Part shown: one piece after another, positions 29,339 through 38,035 of the stretch
Numbering within the stretch: the stretch's first letter is position 1
Layout: every line of letters starts with the position of its first letter
IMG/VR virus record: IMGVR_UViG_3300028654_000014
Coordinates: 1 to 64,000 of that record
Direction: 5' to 3' (one strand)
DNA: 64,000 bases
From: a virus
Notes under the pieces: generated by a model
What the model saw: the letters and a program-made list of their open reading frames with translations, nothing else
Databases searched by the model: none
Told to the model about the DNA's origin: nothing
Position numbers and translations under genes: made by a program

Positions 29339-29548
29339 TCTAGATGAGTATAAAAATAAGAAGAAGCTCAAAGATATTGTAAAAGATCTTGAAGATTGTA
29401 AAATTAAACTTACAGGATCTTTAAATCTTTTAGAAGTTCATAAGAAATATATTCCTATAATGGAATCGATAAGTGTTTTACATAATAGTCGAACTCTTAT
29501 AGAAATTCATTTAAACAAGTACAAGAATTTACTAGAGAAAGAATTAGA

Positions 29549-29896
29549 ATGAATTGGAAAAGCTTTTATAAAAGAATTCCTAAACAAGTTAAAGTAGGTC
29601 AAAATACCTATGAGGTTGTTTGGAACAAAGGTTTTTCCCGCGATAAAAAACAATTAGGGGAAACAAGATTCTTTAACGAGAATCCGCAAATTGTTATTAA
29701 TTTAAATCAACCGATAGAAGAAGCTGTTCATACTTATTTTCATGAACTTTTACACATATTTAGTGAAGAATATGGTGCAAGATTGACAGAAAATCAAGTA
29801 ATAGTTCTAGAGCAGGGACTAAAGGACATTCTAGCCCCTAATAATATATTTACCAAAGGAGTCAAAAGTGATACGACCAAACCAAGAAAACGGTGA
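29549..29896 (+). CDS. small HExxH metallopeptidase-like protein
   Basis: TYFHELLH. Confidence 0.6.
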   Translation: MNWKSFYKRIPKQVKVGQNTYEVVWNKGFSRDKKQLGETRFFNENPQIVINLNQPIEEAVHTYFHELLHIFSEEYGARLTENQVIVLEQGLKDILAPNNIFTKGVKSDTTKPRKR

Positions 29897-30860
29897 GATA
29901 TTAAAGGCTTACGTCCAACTAGTTCAAACAACAGGAAGGTTTCCAAATTGTAGGGAAGTAGAAAGATTAATCACAAGTGATAGGCAAGTTAGAAAACATT
30001 TTGGAGGATATACAGCTTTAAAAGAAACAGTAATTAAATTTCATCCAGAACTGTTAGAATTTGATCAAACACATGAAAATGAAGCTAAAGTATTAGTATT
30101 TGATATTGAAACTGCTCCTATAACAGCTCACGTTTGGGGATTATGGGAAAATAATGTATCATTGAATCAAATAGTTAAAGATTGGCATGTTTTAAGCTGG
30201 AGCGCAAAATGGTTAGGAAATCAAGAGATACTATACAAAGATCAAAGAAAAAATAAGAATGTAGAAGATGATACTGAAATATTAAAAGGTATCTGGAAAT
30301 TATTAGATGAAGCAGATGTTGTAATTACCCAAAATGGTAAGAGTTTTGATGTTAAGAAACTTAATGCTCGATTTGCTTTAAAAGGAATGAAACCGCCAAG
30401 TAGTTTTAGACACATTGATATTTGTCGCGTGGCTAAAAAACATTTTGGATTTTCAAGTCATAAATTAGAATATATGACCGATAAATTATGTAAGAAATAT
30501 AAGAAGTTAAAGCATAAGAAATTCCAAGGCCATGAATTATGGACCCAATGTTTAGCTGGTAATTTAAAAGCTTGGAAAGAGATGGAAAAGTATAATAAAT
30601 ATGATGTATTATCATTAGAAGAATTGTATTATATTTTAATTCCCTGGGACAATACCATTAACTTTGATATTTATACAAATAAAGAAGAAAATATTTGTAA
30701 ATGTGGAAGTAAGAAATTTGTTAAAAAAGGATTTTATTACACTGCTTCTTCAAAATATCAGAGATATCAATGTATTAAATGTTATGCAGAATCAAGGGAT
30801 AATATTAATTTATTACCAAGTCATAAGAAGGATTCTTTGAAACGTGGCATTACAAGGTAA
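29868..30860 (+). CDS. RNase H-like (DnaQ-type) exonuclease with C-terminal Zn ribbon
   Basis: VFDIET, QNGKSFD, YNKYDV, CKCGS...CIKC. Confidence 0.8.
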   Translation: MIRPNQENGEILKAYVQLVQTTGRFPNCREVERLITSDRQVRKHFGGYTALKETVIKFHPELLEFDQTHENEAKVLVFDIETAPITAHVWGLWENNVSLNQIVKDWHVLSWSAKWLGNQEILYKDQRKNKNVEDDTEILKGIWKLLDEADVVITQNGKSFDVKKLNARFALKGMKPPSSFRHIDICRVAKKHFGFSSHKLEYMTDKLCKKYKKLKHKKFQGHELWTQCLAGNLKAWKEMEKYNKYDVLSLEELYYILIPWDNTINFDIYTNKEENICKCGSKKFVKKGFYYTASSKYQRYQCIKCYAESRDNINLLPSHKKDSLKRGITR

Positions 30861-30861
30861 A

Positions 30862-30996
30862 ATGATATTAACTTATATAACTTCTGTATATTATATAGGT
30901 AATATTCATCATATTGAATTTTGGTACGGTCCAGTAAATAATTATTTATCCAATAATTATGGTGATGAAGAAAAGATAATATTGTATTATGAATAA
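30862..30996 (+). CDS. tagged micro-ORF MILTYI...IILYYE
   Basis: Hand-translated. Confidence 0.7.
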   Translation: MILTYITSVYYIGNIHHIEFWYGPVNNYLSNNYGDEEKIILYYE

Positions 30997-31150
30997 AATG
31001 TACTATATTTTTGATACAGGAATGTATCATATTGGAATTCAAACTGCATATAGTATAAGGTATTTTGATTATTCTCATAATGATTGGACATCTATTATTA
31101 ATAGAAAGATACATTACAAAGATATTAGATATGTATTAAATTATGAATAA
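30989..31150 (+). CDS. tagged micro-ORF MNKMYY...YVLNYE
   Basis: Hand-translated. Confidence 0.75.
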   Translation: MNKMYYIFDTGMYHIGIQTAYSIRYFDYSHNDWTSIINRKIHYKDIRYVLNYE

Positions 31151-31204
31151 ATTAATATTAGTACTTTCATTTTTATTATTACTTGTAACTATTTTGTATA
31201 GAAG

Positions 31205-31369
31205 ATGAATAAACTTTTATTAGATGGTACTGGTATTTTTGGTAAAACTAAATATTGGATTATGAAAGATGATAGATTATATGAATCAATAAGTATGCGT
31301 TTATTGGAAAACACAGTTAATGATTTAAATATTAAAAATGATAAAGTTATATTAGAATATGAGGATTAA
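31205..31369 (+). CDS. tagged micro-ORF MNKLLL...VILEYED
   Basis: Hand-translated; preceded by 21-aa hydrophobic ORF 31143..31208. Confidence 0.7.
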   Translation: MNKLLLDGTGIFGKTKYWIMKDDRLYESISMRLLENTVNDLNIKNDKVILEYED

Positions 31370-32266
31370 GTGAAAGAATTTGATTTAGAAGATTATGAAG
31401 AAGCTTCGGAACCAACAGAAGAAATTGTATATAAACCAATGCAATATATTACAATGCCTAAATGTTTTCAAGATTCTATAGGATTGCCAGGAATTCCATT
31501 AGGACATTCAACAATGCTTTATGGACTTTCAGATTCTGGAAAAACTGATGTCTTGTTAAAGATAGCAAGAGAAGCTACAAAACAAGAAATTCTACCAATA
31601 ATTGTAATTACTGAAAATAAACTTGATAAAGATAGATTAGATTCCATGGGTTTGGAACATAAAAAGAATTGTATCATAAAAGAAGATCTTACAACATTAG
31701 AAGATGTTTATGATTATATTTCAATGAAAGTAACTGATATAAAGAATAATAAGCTTAAAATGAATACATTGATTCTATGGGATTCAGTTGCCGGAACTCC
31801 TTCAAAAGATTCCTTTGAAATTGCAAAAGATGGTAAAATAACTAAAAAGTATGGTCCACAAAAGAATGCTCAAACAATTGGATATTTTAATCCTATTATT
31901 ATGAAACTTGTTACAAGTACAAGACAAATGGATTGTGATTATTCTTTAGGACTTTTTATGTTAAATCAAGCTTATAAGAATATGCCCGAATTTCCAGGAG
32001 CACCAGTAACAACGGTTCCAAATGGCGGGGAAAAGATTTGGTTTCCAATTTCTTTAGCCATTGAGATTAAAGAAGGAAAACGCATTAAAATCACTAAGGA
32101 TGGAAGAGATTTAGAAGTTGGACTTGTGAGTAAACTTAAAGTTAAAAAGAATCATATAACGGGTATAAACTCATCTGGAGAGATTGTACTGGCAGGTTCT
32201 GAAATGTTTGAAAATGATGATAAGCTTATAAAGGATTTTAAAGAGAGGATTAAAAATGAAAGCTAA
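31370..32266 (+). CDS. RecA/UvsX-like recombinase
   Basis: GIPLG, YGLSDSGKT, ILWDSVA, LNQ, PNGG, KVKKN. Confidence 0.8.
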   Translation: MKEFDLEDYEEASEPTEEIVYKPMQYITMPKCFQDSIGLPGIPLGHSTMLYGLSDSGKTDVLLKIAREATKQEILPIIVITENKLDKDRLDSMGLEHKKNCIIKEDLTTLEDVYDYISMKVTDIKNNKLKMNTLILWDSVAGTPSKDSFEIAKDGKITKKYGPQKNAQTIGYFNPIIMKLVTSTRQMDCDYSLGLFMLNQAYKNMPEFPGAPVTTVPNGGEKIWFPISLAIEIKEGKRIKITKDGRDLEVGLVSKLKVKKNHITGINSSGEIVLAGSEMFENDDKLIKDFKERIKNES

Positions 32267-32513
32267 GTATTTAATACCATTTTTATTACTAATTTCAATA
32301 GGTTGTATAAATAAACATGAACAATCTAGACCTAAATATCATATTGGACAAATTGTAGGTAATGGATATTGTAAAGGAATGATAGCATCTGTTATATATT
32401 TAATGGATTACTATGAATATTATATATTAGATGCAGAATGTGGAAATAGAATATATAATCATGTTATTTTAAGAGAAGATGAGATAAAATGAAGCTTAAA
32501 TTATATATTTTAG

Positions 32514-32542
32514 TTGACAAAGATAAAAGAATTTGTTATACT
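32514..32542 (+). promoter_or_regulatory. sigma70-type promoter
   Basis: TTGACA-17-TATACT with extended -10. Confidence 0.7.
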
Positions 32543-32842
32543 AGTGATAATAGAAAACAAGTTCAATATTTTAAAAAATCTATTGAAGCAAATAATAAAA
32601 ACCTTAAAATTGTAAAACTAACAGGAGAAATAAAATGACCAAATACGCCGTATCAGAAGAGTCCCTCAATTCTATTCTAAACTATCTAGCATCAAGACCT
32701 TTTGCTGAAGTTTATAAAATTGTACCACTTCTTCAAGTTCCAAATGTAGAACTATTGGCACAAGAAGCTCAAGCAGAAGCATCTGAAGTATCTGAAGTAT
32801 TGGATAGTCAAGAATCAGCATCATAATGATCGGAGGGGATAA

Positions 32843-33178
32843 ATGTCGGGAATTAAGCATGATTCTGAAAAAGAACCATTAGATCTTTTACCACCAGAAG
32901 CTTTATTTGAGATAGGAAGAGTTTTAGCTGCCGGAAAGAAAAAATATGGCACAGCAAATTGGGCCAAGGGAATTACAATTTCCAGACTTCTGGCAGCTTC
33001 TTTAAGACATATCTTTCAATTTTTAAAAGGTGAAGATTATGATAAAGAAACTAAAACACTTCATATTGCAAATGCTGCTTGTAATTTAATGTTTGCGATT
33101 TGGATGATGAAAAATAGACCTGACCTAGATGATCGTTGGATCAAAGGAGTTAAAAATGGCAAGAAAAAAGGCAAATAA
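32843..33178 (+). CDS. dATP/dGTP diphosphohydrolase-domain protein (DUF5664-like)
   Basis: KHDSEK..LDLLP, GKKKYG..NW.KG, ASLRH, GEDYD.ET..LHIA.A.CN. Confidence 0.75.
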   Translation: MSGIKHDSEKEPLDLLPPEALFEIGRVLAAGKKKYGTANWAKGITISRLLAASLRHIFQFLKGEDYDKETKTLHIANAACNLMFAIWMMKNRPDLDDRWIKGVKNGKKKGK

Positions 33179-33501
33179 ATATGGATGGAGTGATAATCCT
33201 TTAATTCTAATTAAACAGTTAGAAAAAGAAATGATTCCTGATATTAAAGCTGGATTAAAATTAAATCCTAAAACAATCAAGAATCTACAAAAAATAGATG
33301 AGATCTTTAAAAAAGGATTAAAAAATGGTAAGAAAAAAAGATAATACATTAAAACTTATGAAAAAAGTTGGTAAAGATTTAGATATAGTATTAAAAAATA
33401 AACATAAATTAAATCCTAGTACATTAAAGAATTTTAAAAAGATTGATTCTTTATTTGAAGATTTATTTAAAGATATTGATTCACTTGGAAAAAAGAAATG
33501 A
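33156..33501 (+). other. two tandem paralogous small basic ORFs (33156..33344, 33325..33501)
   Basis: Both contain KLNP.T.KN..KID..F. Confidence 0.65.
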
Positions 33502-33794
33502 TAACAAACGAGTATCTAAAAGGATACATAAACGCTCTAGATAATATTAAATCTATTGTAAATACTTACAAAATTGATTCAAATAATAATCATTCACTAG
33601 AAGCTTTTAATGATGTTTTAAATTATATTGAACAAGTAAGAAATAATTACAAACAATTAGTAAAGGAATTAAACGAGAAGAATGATTAATTTGAATGAAG
33701 CTCTTATGTATTTTTTTAAACTTTCAATATTATTTTTCATAAGTTCAATTGTTTTATCAGTAATATTTCACAAATTAACAAAGAGGATTAAACG

Positions 33795-34232
33795 ATGCAA
33801 CTAAAAGTTAAGAAAACAGATTCAACTGCTTACCCTTTGGAATATAAAACAGAAGGATCAGCAGCTTTTGATTTAACAAGCATTGAAGAAGTTACTATTA
33901 CATCAGGAGAAACAAAAGCAGTCAGAACAGGGTGGTCTTTCGAAGTTCCTCCAGGTTTTGAACTAGAAATTAGACCAAGATCAGGACTTTCTTTAAGTTC
34001 TAATATTAGAATCAGTAATTCTCCTGGTACTATTGATTCTGATTTTAGAGGAGAGGTTAAAATTATTGTAGATCTTCTAATGAAAAGATTTCCTGAAACA
34101 TATACAATAGTCAAAGGACAAAGAATTGCCCAAGCTCTTTTAAAGAAGGTTGAACAAGCAGAAATTGTAGAGATAGAAGAACTTTCTGAAACTGAAAGAG
34201 GAACTGGTGGATTTGGAAGTACAGGAAAATGA
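33795..34232 (+). CDS. dut: trimeric dUTPase
   Basis: GSAAFDL, RPRSG, PGTIDSDFRGE, RIAQ, RGTGGFGSTG. Confidence 0.95.
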   Translation: MQLKVKKTDSTAYPLEYKTEGSAAFDLTSIEEVTITSGETKAVRTGWSFEVPPGFELEIRPRSGLSLSSNIRISNSPGTIDSDFRGEVKIIVDLLMKRFPETYTIVKGQRIAQALLKKVEQAEIVEIEELSETERGTGGFGSTGK

Positions 34233-34316
34233 TCCAATCTTTTGGTCAAGTCTTATTTCTATTCCTAGCATTTTTAATGATTATATTCATTCCCGATTCA
34301 TTTAAAAGGACAACAG

Positions 34317-34601
34317 ATGGCAAAGACACGTCATGCAAAACCAGACGAGTTCCAAAAGGAACAAATAAGAAATCTAAGAAAACAATTAAAACAAAGAGAT
34401 CAAAAAATAAGACAGTTAGAAAAACTTCTAGGTTATAATCAAAATAGAGATGAATCTAAAAAGGATTCAGTAATAGAAGAATTAAATGTATGTGAGCATT
34501 GTGGAAAAGGGTTTGTAGTTGAAACTGTTTTTGAAGGAATTAAAAGGAAGTTTATAAGCTGTACAGTGTGCGATTATAAATCTAGGGCAATCAAAATATG
34601 A
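34317..34601 (+). CDS. coiled-coil + Zn-ribbon hypothetical protein
   Basis: CEHCG...CTVC. Confidence 0.65.
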   Translation: MAKTRHAKPDEFQKEQIRNLRKQLKQRDQKIRQLEKLLGYNQNRDESKKDSVIEELNVCEHCGKGFVVETVFEGIKRKFISCTVCDYKSRAIKI

Positions 34602-34894
34602 ACGATTTAAAGAATCTTAAAACTCTAGAATATCTATTAAAAGATAAAAACTACTTTGGATATAAATTTTATACTGTTTTTAGACATATTGAATATGATA
34701 GTTATGAAATAACTTTTCTTAATGATGAAAATAAATATTTTAGAATTCAATTATGTCATGGATTAATTTTAGGTATGGAATACAATAATTTAATAGGATA
34801 TATTGATAATATGGTCCATAGTTCCTCAGATTTTAAAAAACTCGCTCATAATCAACAATTTATGAACAAATTTGATAAGATGTTACATGAGTAA
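34598..34894 (+). CDS. hypothetical protein with FxxK(M/F)D C-terminal tag
   Basis: ends LAHNQQFMNKFDKMLHE. Confidence 0.7.
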   Translation: MNDLKNLKTLEYLLKDKNYFGYKFYTVFRHIEYDSYEITFLNDENKYFRIQLCHGLILGMEYNNLIGYIDNMVHSSSDFKKLAHNQQFMNKFDKMLHE

Positions 34895-35057
34895 TATATC
34901 ATATAGATTTAATTCAGTAATAGGATTATTAGAAGCTGGTATTATAACACATAAAGAAGCTATAGAACTTTTAGATTTTAGTAATGTATATTATATTAAT
35001 AATAAATTAATGTGTTTTAGAAAATTTGATATAATAGAAGTATTAAGATATGAGTAA
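34887..35057 (+). CDS. tagged micro-ORF (ends EVLRYE)
   Basis: ORF-track 34872..35057; ATG 34887. Confidence 0.7.
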   Translation: MSNISYRFNSVIGLLEAGIITHKEAIELLDFSNVYYINNKLMCFRKFDIIEVLRYE

Positions 35058-35454
35058 AAAGAAAAAAGATTATAGTTCAATAGAAAAGGATAATGAAGCA
35101 TTTGAAAAGCATAAATTCAATTTTGTTAAGAATGCTTTAAGAATCGCAACTTACAAGTGGCCATATTTTTCTAAAGCTCTTGCGCGACAAAGACTTGAAA
35201 GAGGATTATATCAATGTGAATCTTGTAAAGGAGCTTTCGGTCCAAAACAAATTAATCGGGATCATATTGAACCTGTAGTAGCAGTAACAGGATGGTCAGG
35301 ATGGACAGATTATATTAATAGATTATTCGTTAAGAGTGATGGAATTCAAATATTATGTATATCATGCCACGAAAACAAGAGTTTAGTTGAAAATCAAATG
35401 AGGAAAAAATATAATCAACCTATTATTAAAATTCGAAAAAAGAAGAATAAATGA
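35050..35454 (+). CDS. HNH endonuclease
   Basis: YQCESC...DHIEPV...QILCISCH. Confidence 0.8.
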   Translation: MSKKKKDYSSIEKDNEAFEKHKFNFVKNALRIATYKWPYFSKALARQRLERGLYQCESCKGAFGPKQINRDHIEPVVAVTGWSGWTDYINRLFVKSDGIQILCISCHENKSLVENQMRKKYNQPIIKIRKKKNK

Positions 35455-36095
35455 AAACTGGTGTGTATAAAATAACAAATATTATAAATAATAAAATTTA
35501 TGTAGGAAGTTCTTGGAAATGTATTATAAAAAGATGGAGATGTCATAAAAGTAATTTAAAAAAGAATAAACATACTAATAAACATCTTCAAAGATCATGG
35601 AATAAACATGGAGAAGAAAATTTTAAATTTGAAGTTTTAGAATATTGTGAGCCTTTAAAATGTATGGAAATAGAACAATATTATATAGATACATTAAATC
35701 CCGAATTTAATATATGTAAAAGAGTTGAAGGTAGGATAGGTTGTAAATTATCTAAAGAACAAATTGAGAGATTAAGGGTAATAAATACAGGTAGACCTGC
35801 GTGGAATAAAGGAAAACCATTTCCAAAAGAAACACGAAAAAGAATGTCTGAATCTAGAAAATTAGGATTAAAAAATGGAACTGTTAAATCTTGGAATAAA
35901 GGAAGATCATTCCCATCAAAAGGACCAGTTTATTGTTCAAATGGTAAAATTTATAAATCTGTAAGAGATGCAGCAAAAGATTTAAAAGTTAAACCAAATA
36001 CAATAGTTAAAGCTTGTACTGATAAAAAGCAAATAAGAAAGGTTAAAAAATTTATAGTATCTTATGATAATATTAATAATGCGAGTAAAGAATAA
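35451..36095 (+). CDS. GIY-YIG homing endonuclease with NUMOD-type repeats
   Basis: GVYKITN...YVGSS, H.NKHLQRSWNK.G, WNKG repeats, YKSVRDAAK. Confidence 0.9.
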   Translation: MKTGVYKITNIINNKIYVGSSWKCIIKRWRCHKSNLKKNKHTNKHLQRSWNKHGEENFKFEVLEYCEPLKCMEIEQYYIDTLNPEFNICKRVEGRIGCKLSKEQIERLRVINTGRPAWNKGKPFPKETRKRMSESRKLGLKNGTVKSWNKGRSFPSKGPVYCSNGKIYKSVRDAAKDLKVKPNTIVKACTDKKQIRKVKKFIVSYDNINNASKE

Positions 36096-36128
36096 TCAAA
36101 AACCAATTAAGATGAAGAAAAGAAAGAA

Positions 36129-36275
36129 ATGAAAGATCCTTTAAAATTATTTAAAAGACTTGGAATAAAGTATTATGATATAATGGATTTTTTCAAAGAA
36201 CCTTTCACATATAAACCATATTATAATTCAAATATATTAAAATATTATAAAAAGAAAATATTGGTATATAAATGA
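36129..36275 (+). CDS. tagged micro-ORF MKDPLKLF...KILVYK
   Basis: Hand-translated. Confidence 0.7.
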   Translation: MKDPLKLFKRLGIKYYDIMDFFKEPFTYKPYYNSNILKYYKKKILVYK

Positions 36276-36403
36276 AAGGTGCTTTCATAGAAGCTGCTAA
36301 ATATTTAATGGGATTTTATAATTTTTATCCATGGGAAATTAAAAGATTTAGTAAATTAAATTGGCTAATATATGGTGATATAAAAATATTGAGGTATAAA
36401 TAA
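36272..36403 (+). CDS. tagged micro-ORF MKGAFIEAAKYLM...KILRYK
   Basis: Hand-translated; N-terminus resembles a segment of the capsid protein. Confidence 0.75.
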   Translation: MKGAFIEAAKYLMGFYNFYPWEIKRFSKLNWLIYGDIKILRYK

Positions 36404-36582
36404 TGGCTGCAACATTTATGGGAATTTCAGATATGAGTAAAATTTTTAAAGAATTATATGCAGATTATTTTTCACCATGGAGATATGATGGAAAGAAATT
36501 AACTTATAATGAAGGTCATCTTTGGACTTCACCCAAAGTTGCTCCTCCTAAAAAAGATTTGATAGTATTGGAATATAAATAA
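36403..36582 (+). CDS. tagged micro-ORF MAATFMG...IVLEYK
   Basis: Hand-translated; TAATG coupling. Confidence 0.75.
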   Translation: MAATFMGISDMSKIFKELYADYFSPWRYDGKKLTYNEGHLWTSPKVAPPKKDLIVLEYK

Positions 36583-36707
36583 TGGGAAACTCAAATTATT
36601 ATGTATATGATTCACCACACTGGGTTTCAGAAAATAATATACTCACTTATATAAGCTTTTATATTCCTTATGAAACTAAACAAACGGAAATATTAAGATA
36701 TGAATGA
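36582..36707 (+). CDS. tagged micro-ORF MGNSNYY...EILRYE
   Basis: Hand-translated; followed by untagged micro-ORF 36700..36822. Confidence 0.7.
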   Translation: MGNSNYYVYDSPHWVSENNILTYISFYIPYETKQTEILRYE

Positions 36708-36807
36708 ATATCAACAAGAAACTGATTGGATCTATGAAAAATGTATATGGTTAAGTAATGGATTTTATTGGTATAATTCAAAATATGAAATAATTCAAAT
36801 ATTTCAA

Positions 36808-36836
36808 TTGACAAATGAATAACTATTTGATATAAT
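36808..36836 (+). promoter_or_regulatory. consensus sigma70 promoter, near-leaderless
   Basis: TTGACA-17-TATAAT; ATG 36846 is 10 nt after the -10 box, no SD. Confidence 0.8.
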
Positions 36837-36845
36837 GGGTAATAT

Positions 36846-37127
36846 ATGATTCAAAAACTACAAGACTTATTAAAGACAATTTTAACTAAATTGAACTTTC
36901 TAGACTATCAACAACAGTTATCTATAAGCAATATAACAGTTGCTGTATTTGTATTTATAGCCGCGATAAGAATGGCTTTTGGAGGTTCGGATTTAAATCT
37001 TGGATTCTTCATATGGAAAATACAAGTTATAGATATAGGTGGAACATTACCAGTTTTCTACTCGCTTTTAAATTATGCACATAAAAGACATATTAACAAT
37101 CAAAATAATGGAGATAATAGTAAATGA
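36846..37127 (+). CDS. membrane protein (holin-like size)
   Basis: Two hydrophobic segments. Confidence 0.5.
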   Translation: MIQKLQDLLKTILTKLNFLDYQQQLSISNITVAVFVFIAAIRMAFGGSDLNLGFFIWKIQVIDIGGTLPVFYSLLNYAHKRHINNQNNGDNSK

Positions 37128-38035
37128 ATAAACTTAAAGACCTTCTAGTTAAATTAAAGAGTAACTTATCTATTCCTTTAAAAGTTGGAATAGTAGGATT
37201 CGCTCTTTTGAGCGGATTTGTAATAATTAAACATTTAAAACACGAAACAAATCTCGGAGATTCAAGTGTAATGATTGTAAATCATGAAGTAACTCATGGT
37301 GGTACAGGAATTATTCTACGATCAACAAGCGGTGAATCTAGTATTCTTACAAATGATCACGTTTGTCGAGCAATTAATACAGGTGGAATAGTAATTTCTC
37401 CAACTGGAACATATCAAATTACAAAGATGCTTGAATCAGAATTAAGTGATTTATGTTTAATATCAGTAGCAGCAGATTTGGGAGTTAATACAAAAATTGC
37501 TCAAAAAGCTCCAGAATTTTATGAAGAAGCACAAGTTTCTGGACATCCAGCTTTGATGCCCAATGTTATTTCTACAGGTCATTTCTCAGGAAGATCAATT
37601 ATTCAAGTTATGACAGGAGTTAGAAAGTGTACTGATGAAGAATTATCTGGTCAACTTGGAATTATTTGTGCATTTTTTGGTGGAATTCCAGTAGTTAAGA
37701 ACTTTGAATCTATTCTTGTAACAGCAACAATTATGCCAGGAAGTAGTGGATCTGGAGTTTATAATAAAGATAAAGAACTAAGTGGTGTAGTATTTGCAGG
37801 GAAAAGCGATTTTGGTTATGCATGGACAGTTCCTTACGAACAAGTTGTAAACTTTCTATTTAAAGAACATAAACATCTTAAAACTAAAGTTGTTTCTCAA
37901 GAAATTAATATTCTTAAAGAAGTCGGTCAAGAAAATAAAACAAAAGAAGTATTACAAAAATGTGCTCAAGAAACGAATGAAGAGATTTTAAACTTTTGTG
38001 AGATACTTAAACAAGATATGACATGGGTAAAATAA
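37124..38035 (+). CDS. membrane-anchored trypsin-like (S1) serine protease
   Basis: LTNDHVC, DLCL, PGSSGSGV; N-terminal TM segment. Confidence 0.85.
   Translation: MNKLKDLLVKLKSNLSIPLKVGIVGFALLSGFVIIKHLKHETNLGDSSVMIVNHEVTHGGTGIILRSTSGESSILTNDHVCRAINTGGIVISPTGTYQITKMLESELSDLCLISVAADLGVNTKIAQKAPEFYEEAQVSGHPALMPNVISTGHFSGRSIIQVMTGVRKCTDEELSGQLGIICAFFGGIPVVKNFESILVTATIMPGSSGSGVYNKDKELSGVVFAGKSDFGYAWTVPYEQVVNFLFKEHKHLKTKVVSQEINILKEVGQENKTKEVLQKCAQETNEEILNFCEILKQDMTWVK

Noticed and set aside
36129-36160. KDPLKLFKRL resembling MoxR segment KNPAKAFEKL
   Set aside because: Too short and Lys-biased to separate from chance.
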